DNA of 64,000 nt from assembly GCA_964016885.1 (NCBI GenBank), contig OZ024743.1, forward strand, positions 87,544,001 to 87,608,000, written 5' to 3'. This document shows, piece by piece, positions 28,106-44,233 of this stretch. Within the stretch, counting starts at the first letter, position 1. Every line of letters starts with the position of its first letter. The DNA is from Eledone cirrhosa. Taxonomy: Eukaryota. The notes beneath the pieces are model-generated. The model saw nothing but the letters and a program-made list of their open reading frames with translations, was not told where the DNA came from and searched no databases. The position numbers were made by a program, and so were the translations under genes.

Positions 28106-28156
28106 ATAATTGCCTTATGTTGTTTATTACATAATAATAATATATATATATATATG

Positions 28157-28225
<69 letters not shown>

Positions 28226-28226
28226 G

Positions 28227-28335
<109 letters not shown>

Positions 28336-28338
28336 GTT

Positions 28339-28427
<89 letters not shown>

Positions 28428-28498
28428 ACATGTATATATATGTATATATGTATATATATGTATATATGTATATATATGTATATATATATGTATATATG

Positions 28499-28684
<186 letters not shown>

Positions 28685-28703
28685 CATATACATATACATA
28701 TAC

Positions 28704-28735
<32 letters not shown>

Positions 28736-28751
28736 ATATACATATACATAT

Positions 28752-28823
<72 letters not shown>

Positions 28824-29172
28824 GGAAATCAGTAAAATCGAATCTCTGGCGGTTTGCAAGTAATTCGGCCTACTTATATGAAGTGATGGGTTAGCAAAGC
28901 ACTCGATAAGATAGGTCTCAGAGTTATAACATACGTTTAAATAGCTTGACAAATCGAACATTGTGGTAGGCTAAACTAACACACAATACATACCAAAGTA
29001 ACGAAAAAACTAATCAGGTTGTGAAAAATAGACCTGGACAAATCAGACGAGCGTTTGAAATGTTTCTCTGACTCCGAAATCAAATATCAGACTTACTTGA
29101 ATGGCAAGTTCATGGTATTGGTTACTGAACAGAGGAATCAGTTTATCAACAGGTTTTCTTATATATATATAC

Positions 29173-29295
<123 letters not shown>

Positions 29296-29299
29296 TATA

Positions 29300-29384
<85 letters not shown>

Positions 29385-29429
29385 GGTATAGAAAACATTG
29401 TAGCGAAAAGCCAACAGTATTCCATAATA

Positions 29430-30309
<880 letters not shown>

Positions 30310-30420
30310 CATATATACATATATACATATATATATACATATATACATATATATATACATATATACATATATATATATATACATATATACATATATATAC
30401 ATATATATATATACATATAC

Positions 30421-30500
<80 letters not shown>

Positions 30501-30556
30501 TTTGTTTCTGAATTTGTTTAGCAAGATTCTTTATCTGAAATCGTGTGTTGAAACCG

Positions 30557-30823
<267 letters not shown>

Positions 30824-30824
30824 C

Positions 30825-30872
<48 letters not shown>

Positions 30873-31183
30873 CTCACTCAGGTCGGACGTCTGTACCTTT
30901 CGCTCATGAAATCCACCCAGCTTATGCTGACCAGGACTACCATGTTGCTTGTTTATTTCCTTTCTTTGGTTTGTTTTTATCCTTCTATGTTGTTCACTTG
31001 TCCCCCTCACTTTACACGATTTACTGGTCCCAATAACTTTTTTTAGTTATTGCTCGCACCAACCTGAGGTATCTGATTTTTAATGCGATGAAATACCAAT
31101 GATGGTTGGCAAATCACTGACGAAGGACTATTTTTATCATATGTAACCCATGTGCAAACCACGCAGTATTCTTCTTTCTTCTC

Positions 31184-31227
<44 letters not shown>

Positions 31228-31235
31228 CACACGCA

Positions 31236-31264
<29 letters not shown>

Positions 31265-31269
<5 letters not shown>

Positions 31270-31388
31270 TATCTCAAAGTTTTGCTAAAACAGCAATAAC
31301 AGAAACACGAAACGTCGAGATAATTCTCTATTTTAGAGAATTTCGGGTTTCTGTTATTGCTGTTTTAGCAAAACTTTGTGATAAACAT
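31265..31388. repeat. Hairpin (48-bp arms) next to (TA)n
   Basis: atgtttatctcaaagttttgctaaaacagcaataacagaaac vs gtttctgttattgctgttttagcaaaactttgtgataaacat. Confidence 0.9.
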
Positions 31389-32029
31389 TGATTGCCAGAT
31401 AAATTAACTATGTAGATCAAAGGTTCTCAACGGGGGGCATATGCACCCCCGAGGGCGTTTCGGAACTCCAGTGGGCGTTTGGGAGCAAGGGGGAGTTAGG
31501 GGGCTTTGGGAGCTGGGGGGCGGGGGATAGGATGGGGGGGACTGCTCTTTACTTTGGTAAGTTTTATAAGCCATGTTTGTATGTCTTTGAGACAGCCAGT
31601 TTGAATGCATTTGAACTAGCATGCAGACAGCATAACTATGGTCTGATCGCAGGTCTGCAGGCATCTTTAGACATTAACCGGCAATTGAGATCCTAAAAAT
31701 GGAAAAAACCCACAGTCAACTGGGTCAAGGACACTTTCAGCGCAGCCAATTAGAATCTTGTCTTTCCTTCACCGATAACAATGTATTTCATGTATGAAGT
31801 CCCAAGAAGACATACGTCAAGCAACTTGAGGACGATACTGGATGCACTGCAGAAGAACTGGCAAACGCTATGAGATGGATGGAGGAAACGTGTCGTAGAA
31901 AGCCGAACAAGCTCGACCTGATGATGATGAGTTATTGACTCAACCGTAACGAGTTAACACTATGTAGATCTATTTTATTCCCTATTTTATAAATAATATT
32001 ACAAATAAAAAAGAAAAGAAAAAACACAG

Positions 32030-32452
32030 AAGCTGGTAGCACACACATCTAGGACCACATACAACACTTAAGCAGGTAATACACACATCTAGGACCATAT
32101 ACAACACGTAAGCAGGTAATACACACATCTAGGACCACATGCAACACGTAAGGAGGTAGCACACACAGGCAGGTAATACATACATCTAGGACCACATACA
32201 ACACATAAGCAGGTAATACAAACATCTAGGACCACATACAACACATAATCAGGTAATACATACATCTAGGACCACATGCAACACATAAGGAAGTAATACG
32301 CACATCTAGGACCACATACAACACACAAGCAGGTAATACATACAGCTAGGAAGGACCATATGCAATACATAAGCAGGTAATACATACATCTAGGACCATA
32401 TACAACACACAGGCAGGTAATATATACATCTAAGACCACATACAACACACAT
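32030..32452. repeat. Minisatellite, unit about 39 bp, inside the hAT
   Basis: aagcaggtaatacacacatctaggaccacatacaacac, about 10 copies. Confidence 0.9.
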
Positions 32453-32454
32453 TG

Positions 32455-33540
32455 TATCATGTGCTACGGACGACGCAAGAGCAATGGGTCGGCAAACATA
32501 AGGTTTCGTCACTCTTCTGAAGAGAGAAAATCTATCTGTATTTGCTGTTCATTGTGTCATTCATCGACAACACTTGGCTGCGAAGAAACTCAGCAAGCCG
32601 CTGAGCAAGTCCTTGCAGGTGGCCATTGATGTCATCAATTTTATCAAACGGATTTCCCTCAATGAACAAATTTTCCGGCAACTGTGCCAAGATAATGACG
32701 AATAATTCGTCAAGTTGCTTCTTCATACTGAAGTGAGGTGGCTTTCAAAGGGTAAGTGCCTTACTAACTTCTTTAAACTCTTCGATTCTATCATTGAGTT
32801 TCTGCGAGGACGCAACACAGAACTGTACAAGAAAACCCTCGATGTGAAGCAAGCCTGCGCCTACCTAACCGACATCTTCGACAAATGCAATAGCGTCATT
32901 TTGGCTTTGCAGGAGAAGATCACTTTGCTTAAAGCAAGGAATGCTATGAAAATATTTCTGGCCAAATTGAATGTCATCGAAAAGAATCTTTGTTGACGGG
33001 AATTCTATAATTTTACTAGTTTTGCCAATGTTCAAAACATTGTAAGCGGTGACCAACTCCAAATTTATACCACTCACCTCCGTGCGCTACAAGACAACAT
33101 GAGAGAATGGTTTGTCGACCTTTTGCCGATGGCCATCCCAATGTGGATAGCAGATCCCTTCATAGCTACCGTCGATGATTTGGACGTTAAATTTCAGGAA
33201 GAATTCATTGAACTTCAAGCAGATGACATGATCAAAATTAGATTTCCCAAAATAGGTGAACCCCTTTTTGGGGATGCAAGAGGAAATTCAGCGTCGATTT
33301 CCACTCCTACATGCAGAGGCTAAGAGATTTGCTCTGCCTTTTCCAAGCTCATACTTAGTCGAGAGGAGGTTTGGCGCTGTTTCCAGACTGTACAGTAAGG
33401 CTCGCAACGGCTACAATGTAATTACACGTGGAGATCTCCGGCTACATCTTACGAAAATCCAGCCTGGCGTCAAAGAGTTAGTTAGACTCCATGAAGCTCA
33501 AGGGTTCCATGGAAATAAGGTCAAAGTTAAAGTAAGTTGA
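32455..33540 (+). pseudogene. hAT transposase remnant (SCAND3/ZBED8-like)
   Basis: CATDDARAM, HCVIHRQHL, LLLHTEVRWLSKG, AYLTDIF, PFPSSYLVE..F, RGDLRLHL. Confidence 0.9.
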
Positions 33541-34304
33541 TTTATCCGAAAATTTGGATATGCTATTGTTACAAAGCAAACTAACAATTTTTTTATTTGT
33601 ACTTGCAGTCTGACTGGACTGGAAACCATCTACTTCAATTCACTTACTCATTTGTTGTATATATTTTACCATTTACTAATAAATATACCCTCTTACGTGG
33701 TCATGAAAACCCTCTGCCGTGGTCTCTAAGCTCACAAAGCGGAGGTGACATCAAGTTAGATATCAACATTTATCCTGTCCGTTTCATTAAAGCTTTGAAA
33801 TGATATAATTGCCACTTTCTTCCAGATAAGAGCACACTTGTGATAGACAGAGTTGTTCTTGTATAAATGTTCAAAATAGCTGGTATCACCTGGTGGGGAT
33901 ATAACAAATCCAACTGGTCCTTATTCATAAAAAAGAACATTTATGTTCCTTTTTTTGAAATTTATATATTTCCTTTCAAGGAATGTATTTATACTCTCAG
34001 CTGCCTGCAATGGTATCTTTGGAATATTGTTAATCAATTTTTTAGTAATCTACTGATATCAAAATCAGTAGTATATTGAAAAATGGAAAAATATGGTAGG
34101 GGGGCGTTTCGTGATTTCAAGGGACAAAAGGGGCCTAAATGGGTTGAGAACCTGTGATGTAGATATAAAGGATACAGAAGCGAAAACCAATCCAAACCAA
34201 ACACTGTGTTCTATTATTATTTCTGGCAATATTATAACAATATAACTATATGACCCTCCCCAAATATAACAATATATATATATTTTTTTTATTTTTTTTT
34301 TTTG

Positions 34305-34505
34305 ACAGTCGATCGACTTTCGTCAAATCAGACCAAGGAAACAATGTTTCCTTGGTCTTTCCAATTGCTAATACTATCTATCGGTCGCAACTCCAGGCAG
34401 AAGGAGCAACGTGAGATAAAGTATCTTGCTCAAGGACATAACGCATCGCCCGGTCCAGGAATCGAACTCACAACCTCACGATTGCGAATCCAATTCTCTA
34501 ACTGA
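34305..34505 (-). mobile_element. SINE family A
   Basis: Highly similar to 21840-22055. Confidence 0.85.
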
Positions 34506-34639
34506 CCATTGTGGGTCTTCTATGGTCTACGAAAGTCAGTCGTTAATTAATGTCGTTCAAGGTCTGCAAGTTGACTATAATTGGGATAATATCTGCAAGG
34601 TGAATATTCCAGAAAGCCGACGATGTTTGGGGAAACAGG

Positions 34640-34930
34640 ATTGGCTGTTATGGTTAATTTGGGGCCTGGGAATAAGTGAAGAATACAAGCAGCCGAAATG
34701 GGGTTCCTCCGAAGGCTCTTTGGAGTAATGTTACTCAATAGAGTGCGTAGCTCGGATATCAGAGAGTCACTCCAGGTAGAGCCACTACTTCTCCGAATTG
34801 AGAGATCGAAGCTCCGATACTATGGGCATGTGGTTAGAATGTCCCAGGGAAAAATCGCTGGAAAGATTTTACGAGCAAAACCAACCGACAGGAGACCCAG
34901 GGGTAGACCCTGAACAAGATGGTTAACTGC
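34640..34930 (+). pseudogene. RTE-like LINE RT C-terminal fragment
   Basis: AAEMGFLRR..RVRSSDIR..LRYYGHVVRM..RPRGRP. Confidence 0.8.
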
Positions 34931-35052
34931 AACTAGCGAGAGCTCAGCCGTCGGGTCCCAACTCTTTATAATAGAACCATACCCTGCTATCCCAAATATT
35001 AAGTATTCTGTTGAGTAATGGTCTAACCAGTTTCAAACTGAATCCATCCTGA

Positions 35053-35114
<62 letters not shown>

Positions 35115-35123
<9 letters not shown>

Positions 35124-36810
35124 ATACTACTAAAACTCTGATTTTGCGTGCTTGCTTGTCTGTTATGTAATACAGCCAAAAGGGCGCATAATGGGTAAAT
35201 ACTTTGAAAGCAAGTTGCCTCTGAAATGGGAATACAAATTGAATAAAACAAGTTTCGCGAAAATCTGACCCCGGGTTCCCGAGATTCGCGGGTTTTGGGG
35301 GTACCTTCGTAAATAGCCTCAACGGTGCATACTGGGAAAATACCACCGTATGTATGTGTATGTGTGCCAGTGCATGTGTTTACGTACTTAGAGACATGTG
35401 TGTGTATGTGTGTGTAACTACTTAAGTTAGAGACATATATCTAATATATATTTGTGAAATGGGCGGTGGTTGAAATTCAAATGTGCACGGTTAAATGGTA
35501 GTAGACGTGGTCGGACTGACATGAAAATTTACACACCTATGTAAAAAGTGCCAAGGAAGCAAATAGACGAGGTTTCAAATCTCTAACTTGAAAAATGTGG
35601 TCCCTGGGGCCTCAAAACTATCGCGTTCGGTGAGTTATTTCCCCCTGTTCTAATACTTTGTCTTATTTACAATTTCATCAACGTTATTTCGCTGTTAACA
35701 TACAGTACCAATAATTTGAAAAATATTATTGAAAGTTTATTATAAAGAAGCAGTTTCAGGAAAAAGTGTAAACTATCATACAAACCTTCATAATATGCAT
35801 TTTTAAACTTGCATATCATCGACATTGCTATATCGCTGTTAATAAACTATCATCCTTCTACATTTAACGATCATACAGTACCGTTTTATGAAATCGATTC
35901 TGCAGTACGGTCACTGTTTTCCATCAAAAGAAATAAAACCCTCGGCGATACTTGGTTTTAGTGTCCTAAATTATCATCATCGACATTCAATTATTAGCTC
36001 CACCCACTACACGATACGTCACGAAGGTAAATGTTTCGAAAAAATTTTAAACTGTATATCGCAACAATATATTGTTTAAAGAAATTTTTTTTCTGTTGTT
36101 AAAAACTGTAAATCTGTTTTAAAAAAATGTATTTCGCAGCAATTTTTTTTCTGTTAAAAACTGTAAATAAATATTCATGTAAAAATGAAGCATAGTGTTT
36201 CGGTTAAAAACTTAAAAACTGTAAATAAATATTCATGTCAAAAATGAAGCATAGTTTTTCTGTGAAAAACTGTAAATAAATATTTATTTTGTTCAAAAAA
36301 TAAATAAAAAATCTAATTTTCTCTTTTAATATTTTAATAAATATTTATTCTAAAAATTCAATGTTTTTTCGTGTAAAAATGAAGCATGTAAGAAAATGAA
36401 TATGTAAAATCAAGCAGCAGCAGCTGATGACGTGTCGTGACGTATCGTGTAGTGGGTGGAGCTAATAATTGATTGTCGATGATGATAATTTAGGACACTA
36501 AAACCAAGTATCGCCAAACCCATAAATTGCGAATAAGGGACGCTTGTTTTTATTTTAATTCTAATACATGTTAACCACCACTAACAGTAAGTAGTATTTT
36601 TCAAATTGCATATCATCGACATTGCTATTTCGCTGTTAATAAACAACGCTTTTCACGTCGCTCCACTTCTCACTGTACACCGTCCAGCCCCAAGTGCATA
36701 TTTCTATTTTTTTCCTGAAACTGCTTCTTTATAATAAACTTTCAATAATATTTTTCAAATTATTAACTTAATAAAAAGTGGCCCCGTGTGCAACCGGGCT
36801 CAGCTGCTAG
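35115..36810 (+). mobile_element. Non-autonomous Helitron-like element with nested repeats
   Basis: TC start after (TATC)n; 3' cccgtgtgcaaccggg..CTAG; internal block shared with 44520-44650; 35440-35670 duplicated at 36811-37050. Confidence 0.6.
35944..36515. mobile_element. MITE with about 80-bp TIRs
   Basis: ggcgatacttggttttagtgtcc...tacgtcacga vs tcgtgacgtat...ccaagtatcgcc; aaaccc on both flanks. Confidence 0.75.
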
Positions 36811-38149
36811 TCTAATATATATTTGTGAAATGGGCGGTGGTTGAAATTCAAATGTGCACGGTTAAATGGTAGTAGACGTGGTCGGACTGACATGAAAATT
36901 TACACACCTATGTAAAAGCTGCCAAGGAAGCAAATAGACGAGGTTTCAAATCTCTAACTTGAAAAATGTGGTCCCTGGGGCCCCAAAACTATCGCGTTCG
37001 GTGAGTTATTTCCCCCTGTTCTAATACTTTTGTCTTATTTACAATTTCATACAAATAAATAAATATATATATATATATATAATATGAAAACGCTTTAATA
37101 AAAAAAAATGTCAACTGTAATGTATGTATGCATGTATTTATGAGTTTATATGAGCGGGGATATGCAAGTAAATCTTACTTTGTGGACAGCTTATCCTTAG
37201 CATAATATTCATGCTAGAACAGCATATATTTGAAAGTTTTCAGGGAGTTGAATTACTGATTTTGGATCGGCAGCTTTAGCTTCGAAAAAATGAAATGTAC
37301 AATGTAAACATTTTTTATTATTCCTCCGGGGATGAATCTTCTCTGCCTTTTTCCATCTCTTTCTTTCTCTCTGGAAGAAATCAGCCGTGGTAAGACCTAA
37401 AAAAATGGTTAGATACACCATGACGCACCGTGCATCAGGGTGGAGTTGAAAAGCAGACTCGGAACATGGCGTTGTGTGGGGGTGGCTCGCAGCCCAATGT
37501 TCTAGGGGGAGCAAAAGAAGAAGAAGAAGAAGAAGAAGATGTGAGCTGGAGTTCTATCAAATATGTAGGTTGTGTCTTAAATTGAAGGTTTAGAAGAAAC
37601 AATTCATGTATAGTTTTGTACTTTCCTTATTGTCATTCATTTATAAACAAATCTACTATATAAATTGGAAGTGGTTGGACGTTGTATATGTAGGTGTAGT
37701 CGTATAAACGTCGAAACGGCTTGGTGAAAATTTACACAGTTATGCAGAATGACCCGAGGAGGCGTTGGGTCGACTTTCAAGTTACAAGCTTCCATGGTTA
37801 CGGAGAAAATCGATGAAACAGGAATTTCCCATTCAAATTGAACTGAGAGTAATCTGTGAATGCAGAAGTAATTATTTCGAGAAACGTTGCAACCGAACGA
37901 AAACAGGAAGACGATATTTTGGTTCGTGAAGACGTTCCCTGGCAATGAACGGGAAAAAAGCGAGGATAATACGTCGTTATGTGGAGCGTGAAGAACAATT
38001 TCATGTAAAGACAAGACCAAGTTTATGGTATAAATGGAGTCGTTAGACTAATATTCTATTTAAAATAACAGAGTAATTTCCAGCCCCGGAGTTTAAAAAT
38101 GATGTAAATAAAATTGAAAACCAAAATGACAGGTTATTAAAATAGTAAA

Positions 38150-38790
<641 letters not shown>

Positions 38791-39532
38791 TATATATATA
38801 TATAGCTAAAATTGCTAAAACGGGACATAATGGAAAAATAGCCCTGTAAGTGATATAACCCTGAAATGGGGATAAAACAAGTTTGACGTAAATCGGACAT
38901 AAACTATTTTCATCATTCGAGAAATATTTTTAATAATTATTAAAAAAGATTTTTCAGTGATTTCTCAGTGAATATGATTTCAAAACTACAAGTTGTTTGT
39001 ACTTCAAGTATCTATATTTGAGCTTTCTTTAAACATACGATATTTTAATTATCAGAAAAGCATTAAGTGAATATCACTGAAAAATACCAGTTGGTTTTAA
39101 ACAGACGGTGTTTATATTTTTGCTTTTGTTAAAAAGAATATTTCAATTATTTAGAAATATTTTTAAATGAATTTGATTTCACAAATAGCTTTATTTACAT
39201 AGACAATATCTTCATTTTTTAAATATTATTTTCAAGTGAATACGATGGAAAAAATATTTCTTGGCATATTTAAAAAATATTCTTAAGTGAAAATGACTTA
39301 AAAAATACAAATTATTTGTACACTGAGTATATATATTTCAGCTTTCTTTAAACAGAATATTTTAATTATTAATAAGTATTTTTTAAGTGAATATGATTTG
39401 AAAAATACGAGTTGTTTAAACAGACAATATTTTCATTATTTAGAAATATTTCTAAATGATGATTTTAAAAAAATATTTGTTGAGGTAATAGGATTTTTTT
39501 CTAAGCTGAATACGATTTTCGATTCTTAAATA

Positions 39533-42500
39533 ATGCCTCGACGAGGAAGAAAGAAAACATCTGGTTAGTCTATCGATAGTGGAAAGAAAGCACGGCTAAG
39601 GAGAGCCGAAGAAGGTGAGCAAGATAGTGGTCAACGCCAACAAGATCGGGACAGGCATGCGAATAGAAGGATCGATGAGACTGATAAAGCAAGGGCTGCG
39701 CGTCTGGCGCAACAGAGGGAAATAGACAGAAGCAAGAGAGATCATGAATCGAATGGTCGGAGAGCTGCGCGTCTGGCGGAACAGAGGGAAAGATTCAGAA
39801 CCAGGAGAGATCATGAATCGGATGGTCGGAGAGCTGAGCGTCTGGCGGAACAGAGGGAAAGAGACAGAAGCAGGAGAGATCATGAATCGGATGGTCGGAG
39901 AGCTGAGCGTCTGGCAGAACAGAAGGAAAGAGACAGAAGAAGGAGAGATCATGAATCGGATGGTCGGAGAGCTGAGCGTCTGGCGGAACAGAAGGAAAGA
40001 GACAGAAGGAGAGATCATGAATCGGATGGTCGGAGAGCTGAGCGTCAGGCGGAACAGAGGGAAAGAGACAGAAGCAGGAGACATAATAAATCGGATGGTC
40101 GGAGAGCTGAGCGTCAGGCAGAACAGAGGGAAAGAGACAGAAGAAGGAGAGATCATGAATCGGACGCTCGGAGAACTGAACGTCTTTGCCAACAAACCAT
40201 TAGGGATAGAACAAGGACAGTTCAACGACGTGACCTCTCTGCTGATGTTGGACAAATGAATAAGATCGTGTCTGTTGTCATGCAATGCTTTTTCATGGTG
40301 AAACTGCTAACTTTTGCTGTATGAATGGAAAAGTCAGGTTGGAGAAACTGCAGTCTTTACCCCAGGAACTTCACAGTTTATTTAGTACTGATCAACCTAG
40401 GGCAAACGAGTTCAGGAAGAATCTCAGACAATACAACTGCCTGTTCTAAATGACATCTTTTGGGACCTAAGAAGTTCGTTCCTCAAGGAGTGGATGGAAT
40501 CCTTCTATCGTTATTCATGGTCAAATTCACCATTACATCGGTTCCTTAACCCCTAATCCCAACGAACAACCCCAATTTCTTCAAATTTACTTCTTGGATC
40601 CTCAGGATAGTGTTGATTTGAGGATCAGGATACTCAATAACGATGGCATTCAGCGCGACATAGTTGAATTATTGGAAATAATACTCAGACAATATAACCC
40701 TTACGTTGCTTCATTTCGAATGGCAAAAGAACAAATTAAAAATATTCCCGAAGCTTCGATTATTATTGATCCTGATAGGAGACCAGCAATGGAACATGAG
40801 AGAAGATTCAATGCACAAACTCCAAACGAAGTTGCTGTTATTATACAAAACAGCACCGAACTTCAAGCAAAAGCACGGCACATTGCGTTGAAAGAAAAAG
40901 GCGGACAATTACAAATAATCTCAGAGTCCCATCGGTCCTATGACAGTTTGCAGTATTTCTATTTTTTCCTTTTGGCGATGACGGATGGCATCGTGAGCTG
41001 TTAATGAACAACAACAAGAAGTTGACGCCAATGCGCTACTATGCCTATCGAATAATGAACCATGAGAATGAATTCAACCAACTTCTCAGAGGCGGTCGTT
41101 TATTTCAGCAATATTTGGTTGACATGGATGCGAAGATTGAAGGAGATAGACTGCAATACATCCGAATGAATCAAAGATCATTGCGATCTACAACATACAA
41201 GGGTTTTACTGATGCATTGAATGATGATGACGATTTTCGCAATATTGGCAGGCGAATTATACTCTCTTACACATTTGTCGGTGGACCGAGATATATGATG
41301 GAGCGATGTCAGGATGCCATGATATACATACGGAAGTACGGCAATCCTTCTTCATCACAATGACATGCAATCCAAACTGGCCTGAAATCCGGCAAAACCT
41401 ATTCCTGAATCAGAAGCCATATGACAGGCCAGATTTAATTGCCAGAATATTTGACCTGAAGCGGAAACTGTTAAGAAAGTATCTTATTGGAGAAGATGGC
41501 CTACTTGGCAAGTGCATTCCTTACGTGCTGACAGTCGAATATCAAAAGCGAGGTCTTCCTCATGTGCACTCTTTGCTATGGCTCAATGAAGCCTCCAAGC
41601 CCAGACCGCAGGAATATGATAAATTTGTTCAAGCCGATATACCAGATCCAAACAAAGATCCAGAGGGTCATGAATTGGTGCTGAAGCACATGATCCACGG
41701 TCCGAATGAATTGCTCTAACAATTCGCCGTGTTGGAAAGATGGAACGTGCAGTAAGCGGTACCCTAAGCCTTTCAATGAATATACATTGTGTGGAGAGGA
41801 CTCTTATCCTGTGTACAGAAGACGGTCTCCAGGAATGGGAGGATTTGAGGGGCACCAAGAAAGAAGGGGAAGCCGAAATATAACTTCGGAATGGATGGTT
41901 CCCTACAATATGAAACTATTAAAACTGTTCAACTGCCACCTAAACGTAGAGATGTGCTCTTAATACGTTATCAAATATACCATGTAGGGCATTGATCAGG
42001 CAATGTTTGGACTGAACAGGGAAGATGAGATAATACAGTATTTAACAGGAAGATATATCTGTCCTTCAGAAGCTGTTGCCTTGGTGCTTGGATTTCCAAT
42101 TCATGAGGGAGAACCGGCCGCAGTTCGCCTTCAAGTTCATCTACCTGAGGAAAATCAAATCTTCTTTCGGGTCAATGCTGCTGTTAAAGTAAACAATAAC
42201 ATGGCTAAGACGACTCTGACTGAGTTCATGGATCTTTGCGATCGCGATCCGTTTGCAAAAAGATTGTATTATGCCGATGTCCCAAAGTTTTACACTTGGA
42301 GTAATAAGAGATGGGAAAGGAGAAAGGTGGGGAAAACAGTTGAGCAGTATCCAGGGATTTTTGAGGCGAACGTTTTGGGACGAGTATACACCGTTTCTCC
42401 ACGAAGTGGTGACCTGTATTATTTAAGACTCCTTCTGCATCACGTCAAAGGGCCAGTATCCTTCAACTCTTTGAAAATGTGTGATGGAGAACTCCTGCCA

Positions 42501-44233
42501 TTATTCAAAGACGTCTGCAGAGAGAAAGGTTTGCTTCAATCGGATGATCATTGGCAGCAGACTCTGGAAGATGCTGAGCGAACAAGGCTTTCCAAAGCCA
42601 TGAGAGATCTGTTCATCGTGCTCCTCACAAATACGGAAATTGACAATTCCAGTGCTTTATGGGTTCGATTTAAGCATTCGCTATCTGAGGATTACCTTCA
42701 AATAGAAAAAAAGGCTACCAGAAACTCTAACCTTTGGATTAGCGAGAGACATTATGATCAATGTCTTCTGTATTTTGAAGACAAACTTAACGACCTGGGC
42801 AAAAGTCTTAGTGACTTTAACTTGCCAAGGCAAAATAATATTGTTGCTAATCAGGATATTGGCAATTTGGAGTTATTGCATGAATTGCAATACAGCAGAG
42901 AAGAGCAGCGACGATTTGTAGAAGAGACGGAGCCTCTATTGAATAGTGAACAAAAACACGTGTACGACTTCATTTGTATCAGTTTAGAGACGAACACATC
43001 TGCATTGATTTTCATTGACGCTCCAGGTGGAATAGGAAAGACATTCCTGATTAACTTAATTATTTCAAAAGTCAGGGCAAACGGTGAAGTGGAAGAACAG
43101 CGCATTTTAGGTTCAAAATACCGATAGTAGTGAAAGAAAATGGTTTGTGCAACATTGATAAAAACTCAAAGACGGCAAACCTCTTCCAGCATACAAGGCT
43201 GATTGTTTGGGATGAGTGTCCTATGATTCGGAGGGAAAGCTTAAAAGCTGTTAACCTCACTCTGCGTGACATATGCGACAACAATGAGGCATTCGGTGGA
43301 ATTTTGACAATTTGCTGTGGCGATTTCCGTCAGCTTCTTCCGGTAGTTAAAAGGGGAAATGAAGCGGACGTGGAAAACGCCTGCATTAAAAAATCCTACT
43401 TATGGCGAAGCTTCAAAAGATTTCAGTTGAAGACAAACACGCGGTTGGGTGGGGGAGCAGGAGACTATTCACAGTTCCTATTGGATATTGGAGAAGATAA
43501 GATAAAAAAAAAGGAAAATGAGGAAATTATTTTGCCAAAAGAAATGGTTCTCCAAGCAACAACTATGGAAGAATGTATTGATTTCATCTACCCCTCATTC
43601 GACAATCCAGCTGAAGTGTTTTCGAACAATTGCATCTTAGTACCTCTCAATGAAATGATGAGAAGTATCAATTCCACCTGTATCAGACGCTTCCATGGAA
43701 CCATAAAAGAGTACCGATCCTATAATTCTGTGAGTGATGGTACCAATGCCACTCATTTCCTGACTGAATTCCTTGAATAGGTTGAACTATCAGGACTGCC
43801 ACCACATAATCTGGAATTGAAAAAAGGATCGCCAATAATTCTTATAAGAAACTTGAATCCTCCAAAGCTTTGTAATGGAACGCGCATGATCGTGGAAGAA
43901 CTGCACGACAATCTAAAAGTAGCAAGAATCAACACTGCTGCTTTCAGAAATGAGATCGTTATGATACCTAGAATAAGAATTAATCTATCCGAAGGTGAGG
44001 ATATCCCTTTGCAGCGAAGCCAATTCCCAGTTCAATCGTGCTTCGCTATGACTATTCATAAAGCACAAGGACAAACTATGGAAAACGTCTTGGTTTATCT
44101 GGAACGACCTGTATTCCAACACAATCAACTGTATGTAGCCCTTAGCCGCGAAAAAAGAAAAGAAAATGTCAGAGTGTTTCTGAAGGATACCCAGTCAACT
44201 AAGAATGTTGTCATCAAAAGCATTTTTTTTTAA
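39533..44233 (+). pseudogene. Helitron RepHel (HUH Rep plus PIF1 helicase) with stops and frameshifts
   Basis: GGRLFQQYLVD, FITMTCNPNW, VEYQKRGLPHVH, DAPGGIGKT, VWDECPM, GDFRQLLPV, LCNGTR, FAMTIHKAQGQT. Confidence 0.95.
39670..40190 (+). repeat. 69-bp coding tandem repeat (23-aa STPR-like)
   Basis: Reads DETDKARAARLAQQRE.. / DHESDGRRAERLAEQRERDRSRR in a frame not called in the ORF track; about 7 units. Confidence 0.8.

Larger units (their letters stand above)
27857..28141. repeat. Near-perfect palindrome (about 134-bp arms) between (TA)n tracts
   Basis: Arms about 27857-27990 and 28007-28141 are reverse complements. Confidence 0.95.
31418..34156 (+). mobile_element. hAT (Charlie/Buster-type) DNA transposon
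   Basis: TIRs CAAAGGTTCTCAAC / GTTGAGAACCTGTG; 8-bp TSD ATGTAGAT at 31410-31417 and 34157-34164. Confidence 0.9.

Noticed and set aside
31915-31935. CTGATGA hammerhead core
   Set aside because: Part of a (TGA)n LINE tail; no GAAA or stems follow.
32030-32452. CRISPR-like periodic array
   Set aside because: Contiguous tandem units with no unique spacers, no cas genes, eukaryotic context.
39596-40285. 229-aa minus-strand and 171-aa plus-strand repeat proteins
   Set aside because: Shadow frames of the Helitron 69-bp repeat.
42003-44233. Host PIF1 helicase gene
   Set aside because: Fused to a HUH Rep domain, intronless and disrupted, so it is a Helitron.
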